A model generated the notes under the pieces. That model saw only the letters and a list, made by a program, of their open reading frames with translations, made no database searches and was not told where the DNA came from. Both the position numbers and the translations under genes were made by a program. A stretch of DNA of 64,000 nt from Chiloscyllium plagiosum (Eukaryota): positions 37,881,152-37,945,151 of the forward strand of contig NC_057718.1 of assembly GCF_004010195.1 (NCBI RefSeq), written 5' to 3'. Positions 51,836 to 63,820 of the stretch are shown in pieces (within the stretch, counting starts at the first letter, position 1; each line of letters starts with the position of its first letter).

Positions 51836-53648
51836 CACTCAAATCAAATGTCTTGACGATCAAGGGCACTTATACTTTATTTCTGGAAATCAGTTAATTT
51901 GCTCATTCTGAAGCTAACCAATTACAGCAGAATTGAAATTCAGCATTGAGTAATGGATTATGGGTGAGCTGCTTGATAATGCTGTCAATTAATCCTTCCT
52001 TCTGGGATAATGATGGGGTAATAACCATAGATAGAAACAGCCAAAGACCATAAGATCTGAAGAGTAGTGAAGACAAAAAAAAATTCCGACAAAGAATCAC
52101 AGCCGAAATCTTCCAAGAACAAGATCACCGTTGCAGCCAAGTAGACAGGTGCTGTGCGTCAATACCTTGCAGAAATCCTGACCCAGCTAGCTCTATGGCA
52201 ATTACTCTTGAAGCTGGAAACATGCTCCAAACAAAAATACCAACACCGATTTAGAGTTGAAGATGTGAAATTATTCTGATTTAGCTTAAGAGATTCCCAG
52301 GAAAGATTCAAGGAATGAATACATATTCAATTCCAGGGGTAACTACTAAGTTGATCCTCCTAACTCTCACCTCAGCATTGAGGCATTCCCAACTCTTCAA
52401 AGATGCCTGACACCCAACCTGGACCTGACCGCCAACCCCAACACTGACCTGACTCTCATCTGACTGCCTCCATACCAAAGATGCTCAAGTCCACCCAAAT
52501 CTTAACCCAGCCAACACCCACAACTCTCCCTGACCTATCCTAAACCTGCAAATATTCCTGCTATGAGCAAATCAGGTAGTACAGAAGTGAGGGCACTGAA
52601 ATTCAGTACAAACTTCTGATACAAACCATACATGGTCAAAAACCTCCATTTCCTGATGAGGGTTAATAGCAGGGAACACTACTAATGCTTGTCCTTTTAC
52701 TGATCTTGGCAAGATTAACAACCCAAACAATGGACTGTAATTTCCTAAACAGAGCTTCAAACTGTTCCAAGTGTTCCTTCCAAGTTGTTGGATCATCAGT
52801 CTTATGCAAAAACATGAGTGGAAAATTCTAACTACTTTGATTTGGTTAAATGAGGTGCTTTTCCCATCATGTACTGAAACTCTGCTTTCAATTATGAAGG
52901 TTTCTCTGAATGCAAGAGACAAGTACATTATTTAACAGGATGATTTTCAAGTATCACATGTCTGGCTAAAGTTGCACACCTGGTTTGTCCAGACAGATCC
53001 CTCTAAATTCTGTCGTGAACCTGTTAGGTCTTTTGTTCTCCTGCCTCTAAATATGAAAACAGGATGTCTGACTTCACTAACACTGCCAGCTACCAGACAG
53101 GAGGTCATTCAATTTGACAACGTAAACCCCCTTCTGTTTCATTTTCACTATCCCTTTTTTTCTGTCTTTGCTACCTGACATATCTGTACTTGACTATTCT
53201 CATCCTTGTAAAAGCAGTAATACTGGCATCTAAACCCCTGATTGAAATGTTTGGGATCTGGCATGTTTGTTGATCCAGGTTTCATGGCTGTTATTGATTC
53301 GCCTGTGAGCCACTCTCAGAATATAGACAGGAGAAATTTTTCATGTTAGACTTTGTCCTCAATGATTTTCTTTGATTAATTTCAAAGACCTCTTAACTCA
53401 TTTCCATAGACTTGAAAATGATTAAAACCAATCAACTCATTAGGGGACTTTTATGTAGTTCACAAAAGAAATTCCAGTCATTGCCTCAATCACAAGAATA
53501 TCCTGGCCATAAAAAATGTTAACATACTTGGTTCTTACACATTTCTAAATATCCCGCCATTAGAATTTCATAGGCTATCATTACTATCTCTTGACGATAA
53601 TTGGGTGGTCACATTAACTGCTGTACCACTTCTACTCTTCATTTGCAA

Positions 53649-53969
53649 GGGTGGCACGGTGGGTCAGTTGTTAGCACTGCTACCTCACACCGCCAGGGAC
53701 CCAGGTTTGACTCCGGCCTCGGGCGACTGTCTGTGTGGAGTTTGCACATTCTCCCCGTGTCTGCATGGGTTTCCTCTGGGTGCTTCGCCTTCCTCCCACA
53801 GTCCAAAGATGTGCTGGTCAGGTGAATTGGCCAAGTTAAATTGCCCATAGTGTTAGGTGTATTAGTCAGGGGTAAATGTAGGGAAATGAGCCTGGGTGGG
53901 TTACTCATCAGAGGGTCGGTGTGGACTTGTTGGGCCGAAAGGCCTGTTTCCACACTGTAGGAAATCTAG
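53649..53969 (+). mobile_element. tRNA-derived V-domain SINE (HE1-like), full length
   Basis: Same structure as 35224-35542. Confidence 0.9.
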
Positions 53970-53970
53970 A

Positions 53971-54200
53971 AGTCATACAGACAGATGTACAGCATGGAAA
54001 CAGACCCTTCAGTCCAACTCATCCATGCTGACCAGATATCCCAACCTAATATAGTCCCATTTGCCAGCACTTGGCCCATATCCCTCTAAATTCTTCCTAT
54101 TCATTTACCCATCCAAATGCCTTTTAAATGTTGCAATTGTACTAGCCTCCACCACTTCCTCTGGCAGCTCACTCCATATATGTACCACCCTCTGCGTGAA
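53971..54200 (-). mobile_element. CR1-type LINE 3' end, tail-to-tail with the SINE
   Basis: Reverse complement of the family at 29980-30178. Confidence 0.85.
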
Positions 54201-54704
54201 GTCTGAGAGTTGGTTTTCATTTCCTCATCAGAATCCTATATTTCACATAGTACCATGCTGGAATTCACTTAGTTTCAACTTCAATTTGAGCCAATTGGGT
54301 GATTTTACTGAACTCTGGATCAGCTTGTCGAGACAGAGGTTTTAGTGTGTTCATTTTTTTTTAAATTCAGAGGATACAGACATCACTAAGTGCATCAGCA
54401 ATTATTGACCATCTTTTGTTCCACCAAGAAGGAAGGCCTTCATGAACTGCTGCAGATGACTGGGTGTAGGTGCAGTGTTAATAGGGAGCTCCAGAATTTT
54501 GATCCCACATATTTCCAAGTAAGGATGGTGACTGGTTTAGAAAGAGACCTGCAGGTTTTGGAGTTCCGATGTTTCTGTTGTCTTCGTCCTATAAAATGGT
54601 AGTGGTCATGGGTTTGCAAAGCACTAAGCAGCCTTGGTGAATTTCTGCAGTGTACCTTGTAGGTGACACTGCTGATAATGTGCATTATTTTTACAACTAT
54701 TAAT

Positions 54705-55388
54705 CAAGGTGGCGGCAGAGTACCAGCGTATTGTTTATCTACTCCATTAGCCTCCACTACTTTGTTTTTGCATTTTTCAATGTTTTTCAATTAGTGTAGA
54801 TAACTTCAACTTCATCAAACTTTCATATAAAAGCTTCAGCTGTGAGCTTCTTCTAAGCAGGGGTTGCTTCTGGCAGTTTGAAATGGCTGTCTTTCCTGGT
54901 GTGTTGGTCTCCACCTGTGGAACGGTTGGCCCTGCTTTGAGATCTCAATGGCATTCCAGCTCAATCTTAATCTTCTGAGTGTGCTTCTGGCTAGGTGTTC
55001 CGATATCTTGGCATGTCATTTTATCCACAGGTGGCAATCTTGCCCCAGCCCACTGTTTGTTCAAGGGGCATTCTTGGCGACTGCTTTTCTTCGGAGGCTT
55101 TCAGCCCAATGGAGTGTCATCCCAGCGTTTTGGTTTTTGTCTTGTCGTGTTGTTCTCATCATGGGTGCTATTCTCATTCCAGCTGTGTCTATCGTCTCTT
55201 CATCAGCCTTCTTCGTGACCAGGAGCCTTTAAATGGACTTGGATGAACTCTGCCTTATATTTACTTTTGTAGCTTATGATTTTACCATGACTTCTGTCTT
55301 TAATATAGTGATATGGTAGGGTGATTTAGAACACTTTTCACTGTATTTTCCTTATAAAAACACATACGACAATAAATTCCAAATTCTG
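54705..55388 (+). mobile_element. Non-coding retroelement with Rex1/Babar-like tail
   Basis: Starts caaggtggcggc and ends cttttcactgta...acatacgacaataaattcc. A similar tail is present reversed at about 4015-4065. Confidence 0.4.
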
Positions 55389-55534
55389 ATAAAGAGTGTA
55401 TTTTTTTAAATTCTTCTAGGAGAATTACTTCAAACTTCCAACTCAATCTTTACAGTCAAAATCATTTTGCTTTACCCTTGCAATTTATATGTGCCTGCCC
55501 AATCTGCTTTCAGATATTGCGATGCGGAGGAGCC

Positions 55535-55638
55535 GTTTTGGACTGGGGTGGACAAAGTTAAAAATCACACAGGTCCGACAGGTTTATTTGGAAGCACTAG
55601 CTTTCAGAGCGCTGCTCCTTCATCAGGTGGTTGTGGAG
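55535..55638 (-). mobile_element. Solo PLE-derived terminal repeat with core-intact hammerhead motif (55595-55629)
   Basis: Minus strand reads CAC CTGATGA A GGAGC AGC GCTCT GAAA GCTA GTG. Flanks are homologous to 16015-16125. Confidence 0.8.
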
Positions 55639-57464
55639 TACATTATGTAATTTCTTCATGTAAGTTTCAATCACAAGGATATTCTGGCCAGTGAAAATGT
55701 CAACTTACTTATCTCAAAAGTCTCAGTAACTACCAAATCCATTTTCATATCATAAGATGCAGTACACCTGGTCTTTCCTGTTATTGTTCTGTGTCAGCCA
55801 TCATGGATGAGCTGTCAATTCTATGATACAACCAAGATGGGAGGTGTGCACTCTTGCTCCACAGATCACAACATAAAATATAAACTACATCACCAGGTCC
55901 CGCCCAATATGGACCATCTTATGCCTTCTCTACATTAGATTTTGACTGAAAAGATCCATTAACCAGGTGTTTTCAATAAATACAAAATTACCAATTTATT
56001 ATAAAACAAAACCCATTCAATGAAAATGTAGAATTAGCTAACACTATTTGTGAAATGAAATTATGAATGTAAGTATCAATATAGATGATAAATGTTAAAA
56101 ATACATGTGAACAATAAATAATCCAAAGCATACATTTCAAGTAATGGGAAAAGAAAAAGGTTTCTCTCTGGAGTGATTCACTTAAAAAGCACTTTTGGGC
56201 GTAATAGTGGTTATTCTTAAGTGTAGAATTTTTCTAAGTCTAACATTCTTGTACATTTGGTCAAGTGACTAATGTTGCACCATTTCTCTATCGTTTTGGT
56301 AGATCCCACTTGTTCAGAAAATACAAAATTGTTAAATTCTTACAGTCACTCTTTTAGAATCTCAACCAGCTTTTGCTTGATCTCTCAGTAAAGGTGTCTC
56401 TAAAACAGTAGACAAAAGCTGAGCAGCTTGTTCTGGAGCAGGCTTTTCCCAACTGAAAATCCAAATAGAAGTTTCAAAACTGCAGGTAGTATTCAATCAG
56501 GACAGCAATGAAATAATTAAAACAGTTATCTGCTTTCCCTCATGTGAGTTCAAACAATCATGACCAACTAGTGTGGTTTTCAACAATTACTTTGTTTAAA
56601 AGTGTGTTCAAGGGTATATTTCCATTGGGCTTTTAAAAACAATCCCAGAATCTCCAAATACTCAAAATGATTAATCTCTAAATACAAAAATGATTAACTA
56701 TATTATACCTTCATCACAACAAACATTTAATCTACATCTATTATGTTGTATTGCATCATCCATTACGAAGCAGGCGCCAGTCTATTTCCCATGACTGTTC
56801 AATTGCATTTCATGGTTCAATACAAACTCTGGTCTGCTCTCTCCCCTTCTAAACCAATGGTGGGGACCTCAGGTGCAACCTCAAATAACCAACCCATTTG
56901 ACACTTCTGGTTGAAAAGGGGCGAATATATTTGAGCTTGCTTTTTGTTTTAAAATCACACGCTATGCACTGTCATTATTGAGACTGGGAACATTCACAAT
57001 GCCTCCTCCAGTGGTTGGTTGCCCATGACTGGATGTGGCAAGATTGCAAATCTTTGATCTCATTTGTTGGTTAAGGAATTACTCAGCTCTGTTGATAACA
57101 TGTTGCTTCTGCTGTGAGTGTATATGGTGTCCTGCGCTGTAGTTTCATTGGGTTGACACATCTCATTTAGATATATCTGGTGCTGTTCCAGGCATGCTTT
57201 ACACATTTGTATCTTAGGCAAAGGTGAGCAAATTAAGTCTCAAAATAGTTTTACAAGGTGCATGCAGCCACAAGCAATATCCTTGTTTTGGTGGTTTTAA
57301 AATCGAAATGCGGAGACAACTATGCTTCTTTAACCTTGTTCACAAAACTTCACTATAATAAAACTCAATGACTCTCAGCGTAATAAAATCAATTTCAGCA
57401 GTTCATGATTCAGTTTACAACAGATCATTATTAGATCCAAATACAAAGATGATTGCGTACTCAC

Positions 57465-57542
57465 GTAAAACAAGATGCTCGGTTTATGAGGCAACTGTAA
57501 TCATCAGGAAGTTCAATTAATTTGTTTGGCTCCCGAGGATAG
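57465..57542 (-). CDS. UBR2: UBR2 coding exon (78 nt)
   Basis: [25 protein letters not shown]; acceptor tgttccag, donor GTGAGT, phase-consistent. Confidence 0.93.
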
Positions 57543-57645
57543 CTGGAACAGGAGTGAGCAGAAGGTAAAAGAAACTTAAATAAGAATATCATTCATTTGC
57601 CAATTTCATTATATCTGATCACAAAACCACAAGGTAGAAGCCTAC

Positions 57646-57702
57646 CTAATCGCAGTTCTCTCTCCTTTCAGAAAGCTCTGCACTTCCACAACACCACACC
57701 AT
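57646..57702 (-). CDS. UBR2: UBR2 coding exon (57 nt)
   Basis: WCGVVEVQSFLKGERTAI; acceptor attgcag, donor GTAGGC. Confidence 0.9.
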   Translation of the reverse strand: MVWCCGSAELSERRENCD

Positions 57703-58051
57703 CTGCAATTTTAAGATTTTATTTTACAGGCATGTTAATTTCCAACAAACCCCATATTAATATACACAAAGAATCTCTGCAATTGCATAACAATGGATTT
57801 ATTGTCAAATCTAATCATTTTCTAAGGATGAAAAAACTAACTCACTTTCAAAAGAGAAAGCAGATAACATTTTGAAAGGAAATTTTCATGTGTTACTTGT
57901 AAGATATTATAAGTAATAACTGAACTCATAATAGAAGTTTCATGGCGGTGAATGTTATTCAGTTGAGGCAAGACCAGTCATTCAATATTTCAGGATCACG
58001 CAGATTATTTAACCAACATATAAACAATTACTTCTTATGCATGAATTTTAC

Positions 58052-58160
58052 CTTTGTATCAATGGCTCAATTGTATCATTCTCAGTTTTGAAAAGACTCA
58101 TTAGATTTGTTGGGAGGGAAAGATAGCAGCATAACAGTTCAAAGTGGTGTGGTCCATTCT
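58052..58160 (-). CDS. UBR2: UBR2 coding exon (109 nt)
   Basis: NGPHHFELLCCYLSLPTNLMSLFKTENDTIEPLIQ; phase 1-2 fits its neighbours. Confidence 0.9.
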
Positions 58161-58557
58161 CTGAAATTGAATCGAACCAGGTTTGCTGTTAAACTCTGTA
58201 CTTCAATACTATACAAACATTTCAATATCATAAAAGCTTCATTATTTTATAGGAAGTTTCCTGATTTTAGCAGTTTTCACCAAGTATTGGACGAAAAAGG
58301 ATGATTATGGTTTTGGTAAAACTAATCAAGTTGTATGAATTACAATAAAGGATTAAATGTTTTGTGTATTTGAGTTAGTAGCACTTTAATTTTGCAGTAA
58401 AGGATTAAAAAAAAGGATATTTGAGAAGTATTTTGCAGTGTTTATCTGAGAAAAGGTGGAAAACATGTTTTAATACATTGACAAAAGGCTTAATCTCAAA
58501 GTGCAGCGTGTGAAGCAAACTATTCCAAGATGTAATTTGTATTCTGAAATCAATTAC

Positions 58558-58688
58558 CTTGCAGTTCAACTGGTGCTGGAACATTATTTAGATAATGAAA
58601 GAACAAGGCTGAACATCGTAGATAGGGTATTATACCAATCTTGATATATTGCCACAGGTGCCAACCTGAGGTCATGGAATTCAAGGCA
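58558..58688 (-). CDS. UBR2: UBR2 coding exon (131 nt); upstream exons not found in the window
   Basis: [43 protein letters not shown]; acceptor cctcctatag, donor GTAATT. Confidence 0.92.
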
Positions 58689-58834
58689 CTATAGGAGGTA
58701 AAAAATAGAACTATCAACGCTTTGAGCATTCCCAAAAAAGTGCACTTTTGACTGAACAGTTTAGTAACATGTAGCTTAGTAACATGTGGCACTGCATTCA
58801 CGATGTAATCAAATCTTAATTCGCGATTCATCTA

Positions 58835-59035
58835 CAGTCTGTTCTGCTATAACACAAATTGTCTGTAACATGATTGAAGAATTTAGAACATTTGCAGAAT
58901 GCAAACTTTCTTTACCTGTATTGGCTATAACGTGATATCACTCCCATTAGTTTAAATGGTGCTGCTATTACATGGTTTTCTTATAACGCGGGATTGTACA
59001 GCAATGGAACTATTGCGTTATATCAGAACAGACTG
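58835..59035. mobile_element. Tc1/mariner (pogo/Tigger-like) MITE, 201 bp
   Basis: TIRs cagtctgttctgctataac / gttatatcagaacagactg (one mismatch), flanked by TA on both sides. Confidence 0.85.
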
Positions 59036-59324
59036 TACTGACAGCCTTTTCTGTTGCAATCTAGTTTCGATACATTCAAAGAGGTTGTTTGAGTTTCAAT
59101 TATACTGAAACCTATTTGAAAGAAACTTGCCTCACCAAACGTGCTTAGAAAAATCAACTATGGTTCAAACCAGGAAGAACAAATTATTATTTATAAACTA
59201 TTTGGTACAAATTCCATTGGTTGATGGGTTTTGTTATATTTGTTTAACATTTCACATGCAACTTTGCCTCTTGAAAATCAAGCCCAAATAAAGTTCCATC
59301 GTAATGCATGCAATCGCAGAATAT

Positions 59325-59635
59325 TGTGGCATGGTGGCTCAGTTATTTTCACTGCTGCCTCAGGCAACTACAGTTCGCATATTTTCCATGTCTGAATGGG
59401 TTTCCACTGGGTACTCCTGTTTCCTCCAACTGATCAACATGTGCGGGTTAGGTGGATTGGCCATGCTAAATTGCCCATAGTATCCAGGGATGTGCAGGCT
59501 ACTTGGATAGTCATGGGAAATGCAGTGTTACAGGGATTGGGGGGGGGGGGTTGTGCGTGCGTGGTCTGGTGGGGTATGCTTTGGAGGGTCATTGTGGACT
59601 TGATGGGTCAAATGACCTTCTTCCACTCTATGATT
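59325..59635 (+). mobile_element. V-domain SINE, degenerate with internal deletion
   Basis: ggcatggtggctcagt...ggattggccatgctaaattgcccatag...gacttgatgggtcaaatgacc. Confidence 0.7.
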
Positions 59636-60399
59636 GCAATGACACTGAAACCGGGAGAATATCCCAATGGGATCGGTTGTTATGACTTGGGACAAGTAAA
59701 GATCTATTTTGAAGTTAAGAAAATGCAGAGAATAAAGCCACAAGATATCATAAAATAACAAACTTACAAAAAACAAAAAAAAGCTTACATTCTAACATCG
59801 AGAATTAACATGAGATAAATATAGGTTAGGAAAAGTGATCAGATAGTCAGCAGAACACATCAAAATAACCAATGATCAAGACAGACCTCAGAAATTTCAT
59901 AGCAACCTTCTCCAGACATTAGTGACAGGTTTAGGCATCAAGCCTTTTTATATTTCACAAGGGATTACAATTCTTCATCTTGATGATCTTGGTTTGAAAC
60001 TCCTTTAAAAGAGCCGCTCCATCATGGACGGCCTCAATGTCTGTACTAATTCTGTCTGATCACACCCCTTTCCTGGGGCTACACTGCCCTGGATTCAGGA
60101 CACTTCATTCAAACTTATTCAGACCCATCTCCAAATTTTCACCAAGCTAATTATGCCTCAGGGTTTTCCAGAGTTCGATTTTTGCTCAGTTGGACCAAGT
60201 TGCTTCTGTCTGCCTCTTTGCCACAATGCCTTACCAGTGGGGCCAGCTGCCTGTTAGCTTTGAACACCTCTTCCTTAATCTTTTGTTGCTTATAATGGCA
60301 TATTAAAAACCTTCCAATAACCACACCTCCACCACCGTCGTCCCCCCCCCCCCCCCCATTGCTTGTTCTTATTCAGACTCCAAAAGTGAATCACATCCT

Positions 60400-61700
60400 A
60401 AGTAAACTGGCAATATGGAAACCCTGTCTACAATAAGCAGAACAATTAAAGCCCAGCCATGTACTTTCATAACAATCTTTGTTTCATTACCAAAGTGTTA
60501 GAAAAGATCAATGACAATGCTGTCATGCGACACTTGCTCAGCAATATCTAATCCCTGTTATTGAGTTTGGTTTCTGCCAGACCTCGTCTAAATGGGGACA
60601 AAGAGAGAAGAATTCCAGAAATGAGTTCAGAGTGACTGCTTTTGACATAAAGGTAGCACTTGGGCAAGTGTGGCACCAAGAAGCCTGAATGAAACTCACA
60701 TTAATGGGAATCAATGGAAAAACACTCTGCTAGTCGGAGTCATAGCTGGCACAAAGGGAGACATTTGTGATTATTGCCAGTCAATCATCTCTGTCACAGG
60801 ATAGCAGTACAGAAGTGCCCAAGAATAGTGTACTAGGCCCAACAATCTTCAGCTCTTTTATCAATGACCTTCCCCCCATCATAAAAGCTAAAGTATTTGC
60901 TGATGGTTGGAAAAAGCTCAGCATCAATTGCAACTCCTCGGATACTGAAGCAGTCAGTGTCGATATGCATAGCAGTGGGCAAGATCATTAGTGGTAATTA
61001 GTGGTAATTAACATACATATCAAAATAGTGCTGGACAATGGTCATTGCCAACAAGAGAGAAACTTTGCAATTGAATAGTATTACCAGCACTGAATCCATC
61101 ACAATCACTACCTTGGCAGCACCGATGAGAAATTGAACTGGATGAACCCTATAACTAAATAACTGCAACAGTAGTTAAAGGCAAGTAATGTTACTGCAAT
61201 TAACTCATCTCCTGTCTCACCAATGGCTGTCCATTGTCTACAAGGCACAAGTTAGAAATGAGGTAGAACACTCTCCACTTGCCTGGATAGGTGGAGCTCA
61301 AAGTAACACTCAAGAAGCTCAATACAATTCAGAACAAAATAGACGTCTTGACCAGCATACCATCCACCATCAACATTCAATAGCTTTACCAGGAACACAC
61401 AGTAGCAGTGTGTACCATCTGTAAGGTGCAGCAACTCACCATAGCTGCTTCAAATGACACTTTACAAACACACAGCCTCTACCATCCGAAAAGGACACAG
61501 ACAGCATGTGCTTCCTAACAAGTTACGCTCAAAATAAAAAAAAATCTTGAAAACAGCTGGAATTGCTTTCCTAAGGGTAGAATGTTCCTGCACCTCATAT
61601 GACTGCAGTAGGTCAAGACGACAACTCATGGCGACCTTCTCAAGGACAAGAAATGCTGTCCAAGCCAGTGACACCCATTTCCCATCAATAAAGTTTTAAA
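60400..61700 (+). mobile_element. LINE RT fragment with 3' tail
   Basis: VPKNSVLGPTIFSSFINDLP...VFAD and LSIVYKAQVR peptides. Confidence 0.8.
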
Positions 61701-63399
61701 ACTTACAAGATGAATGCACAATATAAAATTAAAGTCTTCAGCAAATCTGAGTGCACTAATATGCTGAAAATTAATAAATGTTATAATTTACATTCTTAAA
61801 ATAGTTTGTTTCTACATTTCAAATTTTGCAGACCAAAAGTAGAATATCCATTTCCCATCCATCAGTCTTTCATGTAAGCCTCCCAACCAAGTGAATATTA
61901 ATTATTTTCTCATCCAAGCCACCAGATGGAGCATTTTATAAGTCAGAAAGCTTCAACAAGCCAAATGCAATCATATATTCTGATACAGTGTCAACTCTAA
62001 TAGATTGTAGTGATGAAACTGTTTGAATGAAATGAAACAAAGTGGTAGAGGGAGAAGAGAATGCATTAGTAACAATACAAAAATTTGAACCTACATTATT
62101 GGCTCAAAATTTGCAAAAACAAATCTGCAGAAATAATCATATTTTGGTTTAAAGATGGCAAATTATACTTCTGTTACTGGCCAGAGTGAAATAAAACTTA
62201 TTTTATAAATAATAATTCTGACACATGCAAATAAATACAAAGAGCTGACTGCTTTAAAGTGACCATTTTGGTCTGCAAAAATTACAAGCTTTTTTCTAGT
62301 ACGCATTTCCATTATGTTTAGGACAGCCACATCCCAAACAAGGACTTGAGGTCCCTTTTTTTTAATAAAACAGCTGCAGGCTACAAGGTGAAAATAATAC
62401 CACATCATGCTGAAACATAGAGATGTCCATATTTTGAACTAACAAAGGAATGTCCCAGCTAGGATATTGGAGGGAAACTTGGAGCTTCCATAACCTGCTG
62501 CCCTTGTCTTGCTAGATTCTAGAGATTGCAGGCTTGAGACGCTACTGAAAAATCTTTGTTCATTCATTGCAGAGCATCCTGTAGATTGGTATACACACCT
62601 GCCAAGGTACAGTAGAGAGAGTTATTTCAGTCTTTCAAAGTAATGTTCTGAATCATGTTAAAGCTCATGTGTACTGTTAAAGTTGCACATATCCAGGCAC
62701 TTGGATGGATGAATGAGTTGGTTAATAATTCTATTTGAGAATAACCAGTATCTGACTTGTTTCAGTAGCAATTGAATATATTTAACCAGTCGTGCTCACT
62801 CGCTTGAAAACCACGAGCTCTGATGAAGAGTCATCCATACTAGCTTGCTGTCTCTTCATGGATGCTGCCTGACCTGTTGTGATTCCCAGTATTTTTAGTT
62901 TTCTCTGTCGATTCCAGCATCTGCAGAAAATTTGCTCCAAACTACTTTCTGGTCAGTGGTAACCCTTAGGATAGTAGAGGTGAGAGTAGGCATAGGGAAT
63001 GCCACTTGATGTCAAAGAGAGGCAGTTAAGACCTGCTCTGGTAGGAAATGGACATTGCCTAACACACGTTTTGCAAACACTATTTGCCATTTACAATGTC
63101 CAGGTCTTCTTGTGCACAGGCTTAAACTATGAATGGAGTCACTGTGCAATTGCCTGCATCAGCCTCACTTTTGAACTTATGCTCAATGGAAGGTCATTGA
63201 TAAAGCAGCTAAAAATATTGGTGCTGAAGTTGCTGCCCAGAGGAAATCCTGCAGCGAAGTCCTGTGGCTGAGATGATTGGCTTCAACAACTAGAACCACC
63301 TTCCATCATGCAAGGTACCAAGTCTGACAATTTTTCTAGCACTCTTTAGTCTCACTTAATCAAATTATGCTTTAATAGTAGACTAGTTAAACTTGAGGT

Positions 63400-63820
63400 C
63401 ATCCAAACTGCTAACTAGCACCAGGTCCTGTTCTCCCATCACACTGCTTACTGACCTACGCTGGCTCAGAGTTAAACAATGCCTCAGTTTTAACATTCTC
63501 ATCCTTGTTCGCAAATCCTGACACAGCCTTGTCCCTCCCCCAGTGATGTCCTCCAGTCGCACAATCTCCAAAAAATTTGTGTGTTTCCAATTCTGACCTC
63601 AAAGATTCTTGATTTTAATTATTAGTGGCCACGCCTTCAGCTTCCAAGGGTTTAAAGCTTTGGAATTTTCTCTCAAAATATCTTCACCTCTCAAATGATC
63701 TTCATTCCTGTATGATGCTGCTAAAAAGTTCATATGTCCTCAAATCTCCTTGTGCCTCAGCTAATTAGGTAAAGCACTTTATGAAAGTAAAGTCACTGTA
63801 TGAATACAAGTTACTTTTGG
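63400..63820 (+). mobile_element. L2-type LINE 3' fragment
   Basis: tcccatcacact...gacctacgctggctc...gccttcagc...tggaatt, homologous to 1300-1720. Confidence 0.55.

Noticed and set aside
52560..56720. Possible LTR-element remnants at about 52570-53560 and 55890-56720
   Set aside because: I could not identify paired LTRs, a PBS/PPT or convincing pol motifs by eye.
56825..56855. Minus-strand LEGER-like peptide resembling a UBR2 exon
   Set aside because: Wrong position in the exon order, no surrounding similarity, and the true exon is at 57646-57702.
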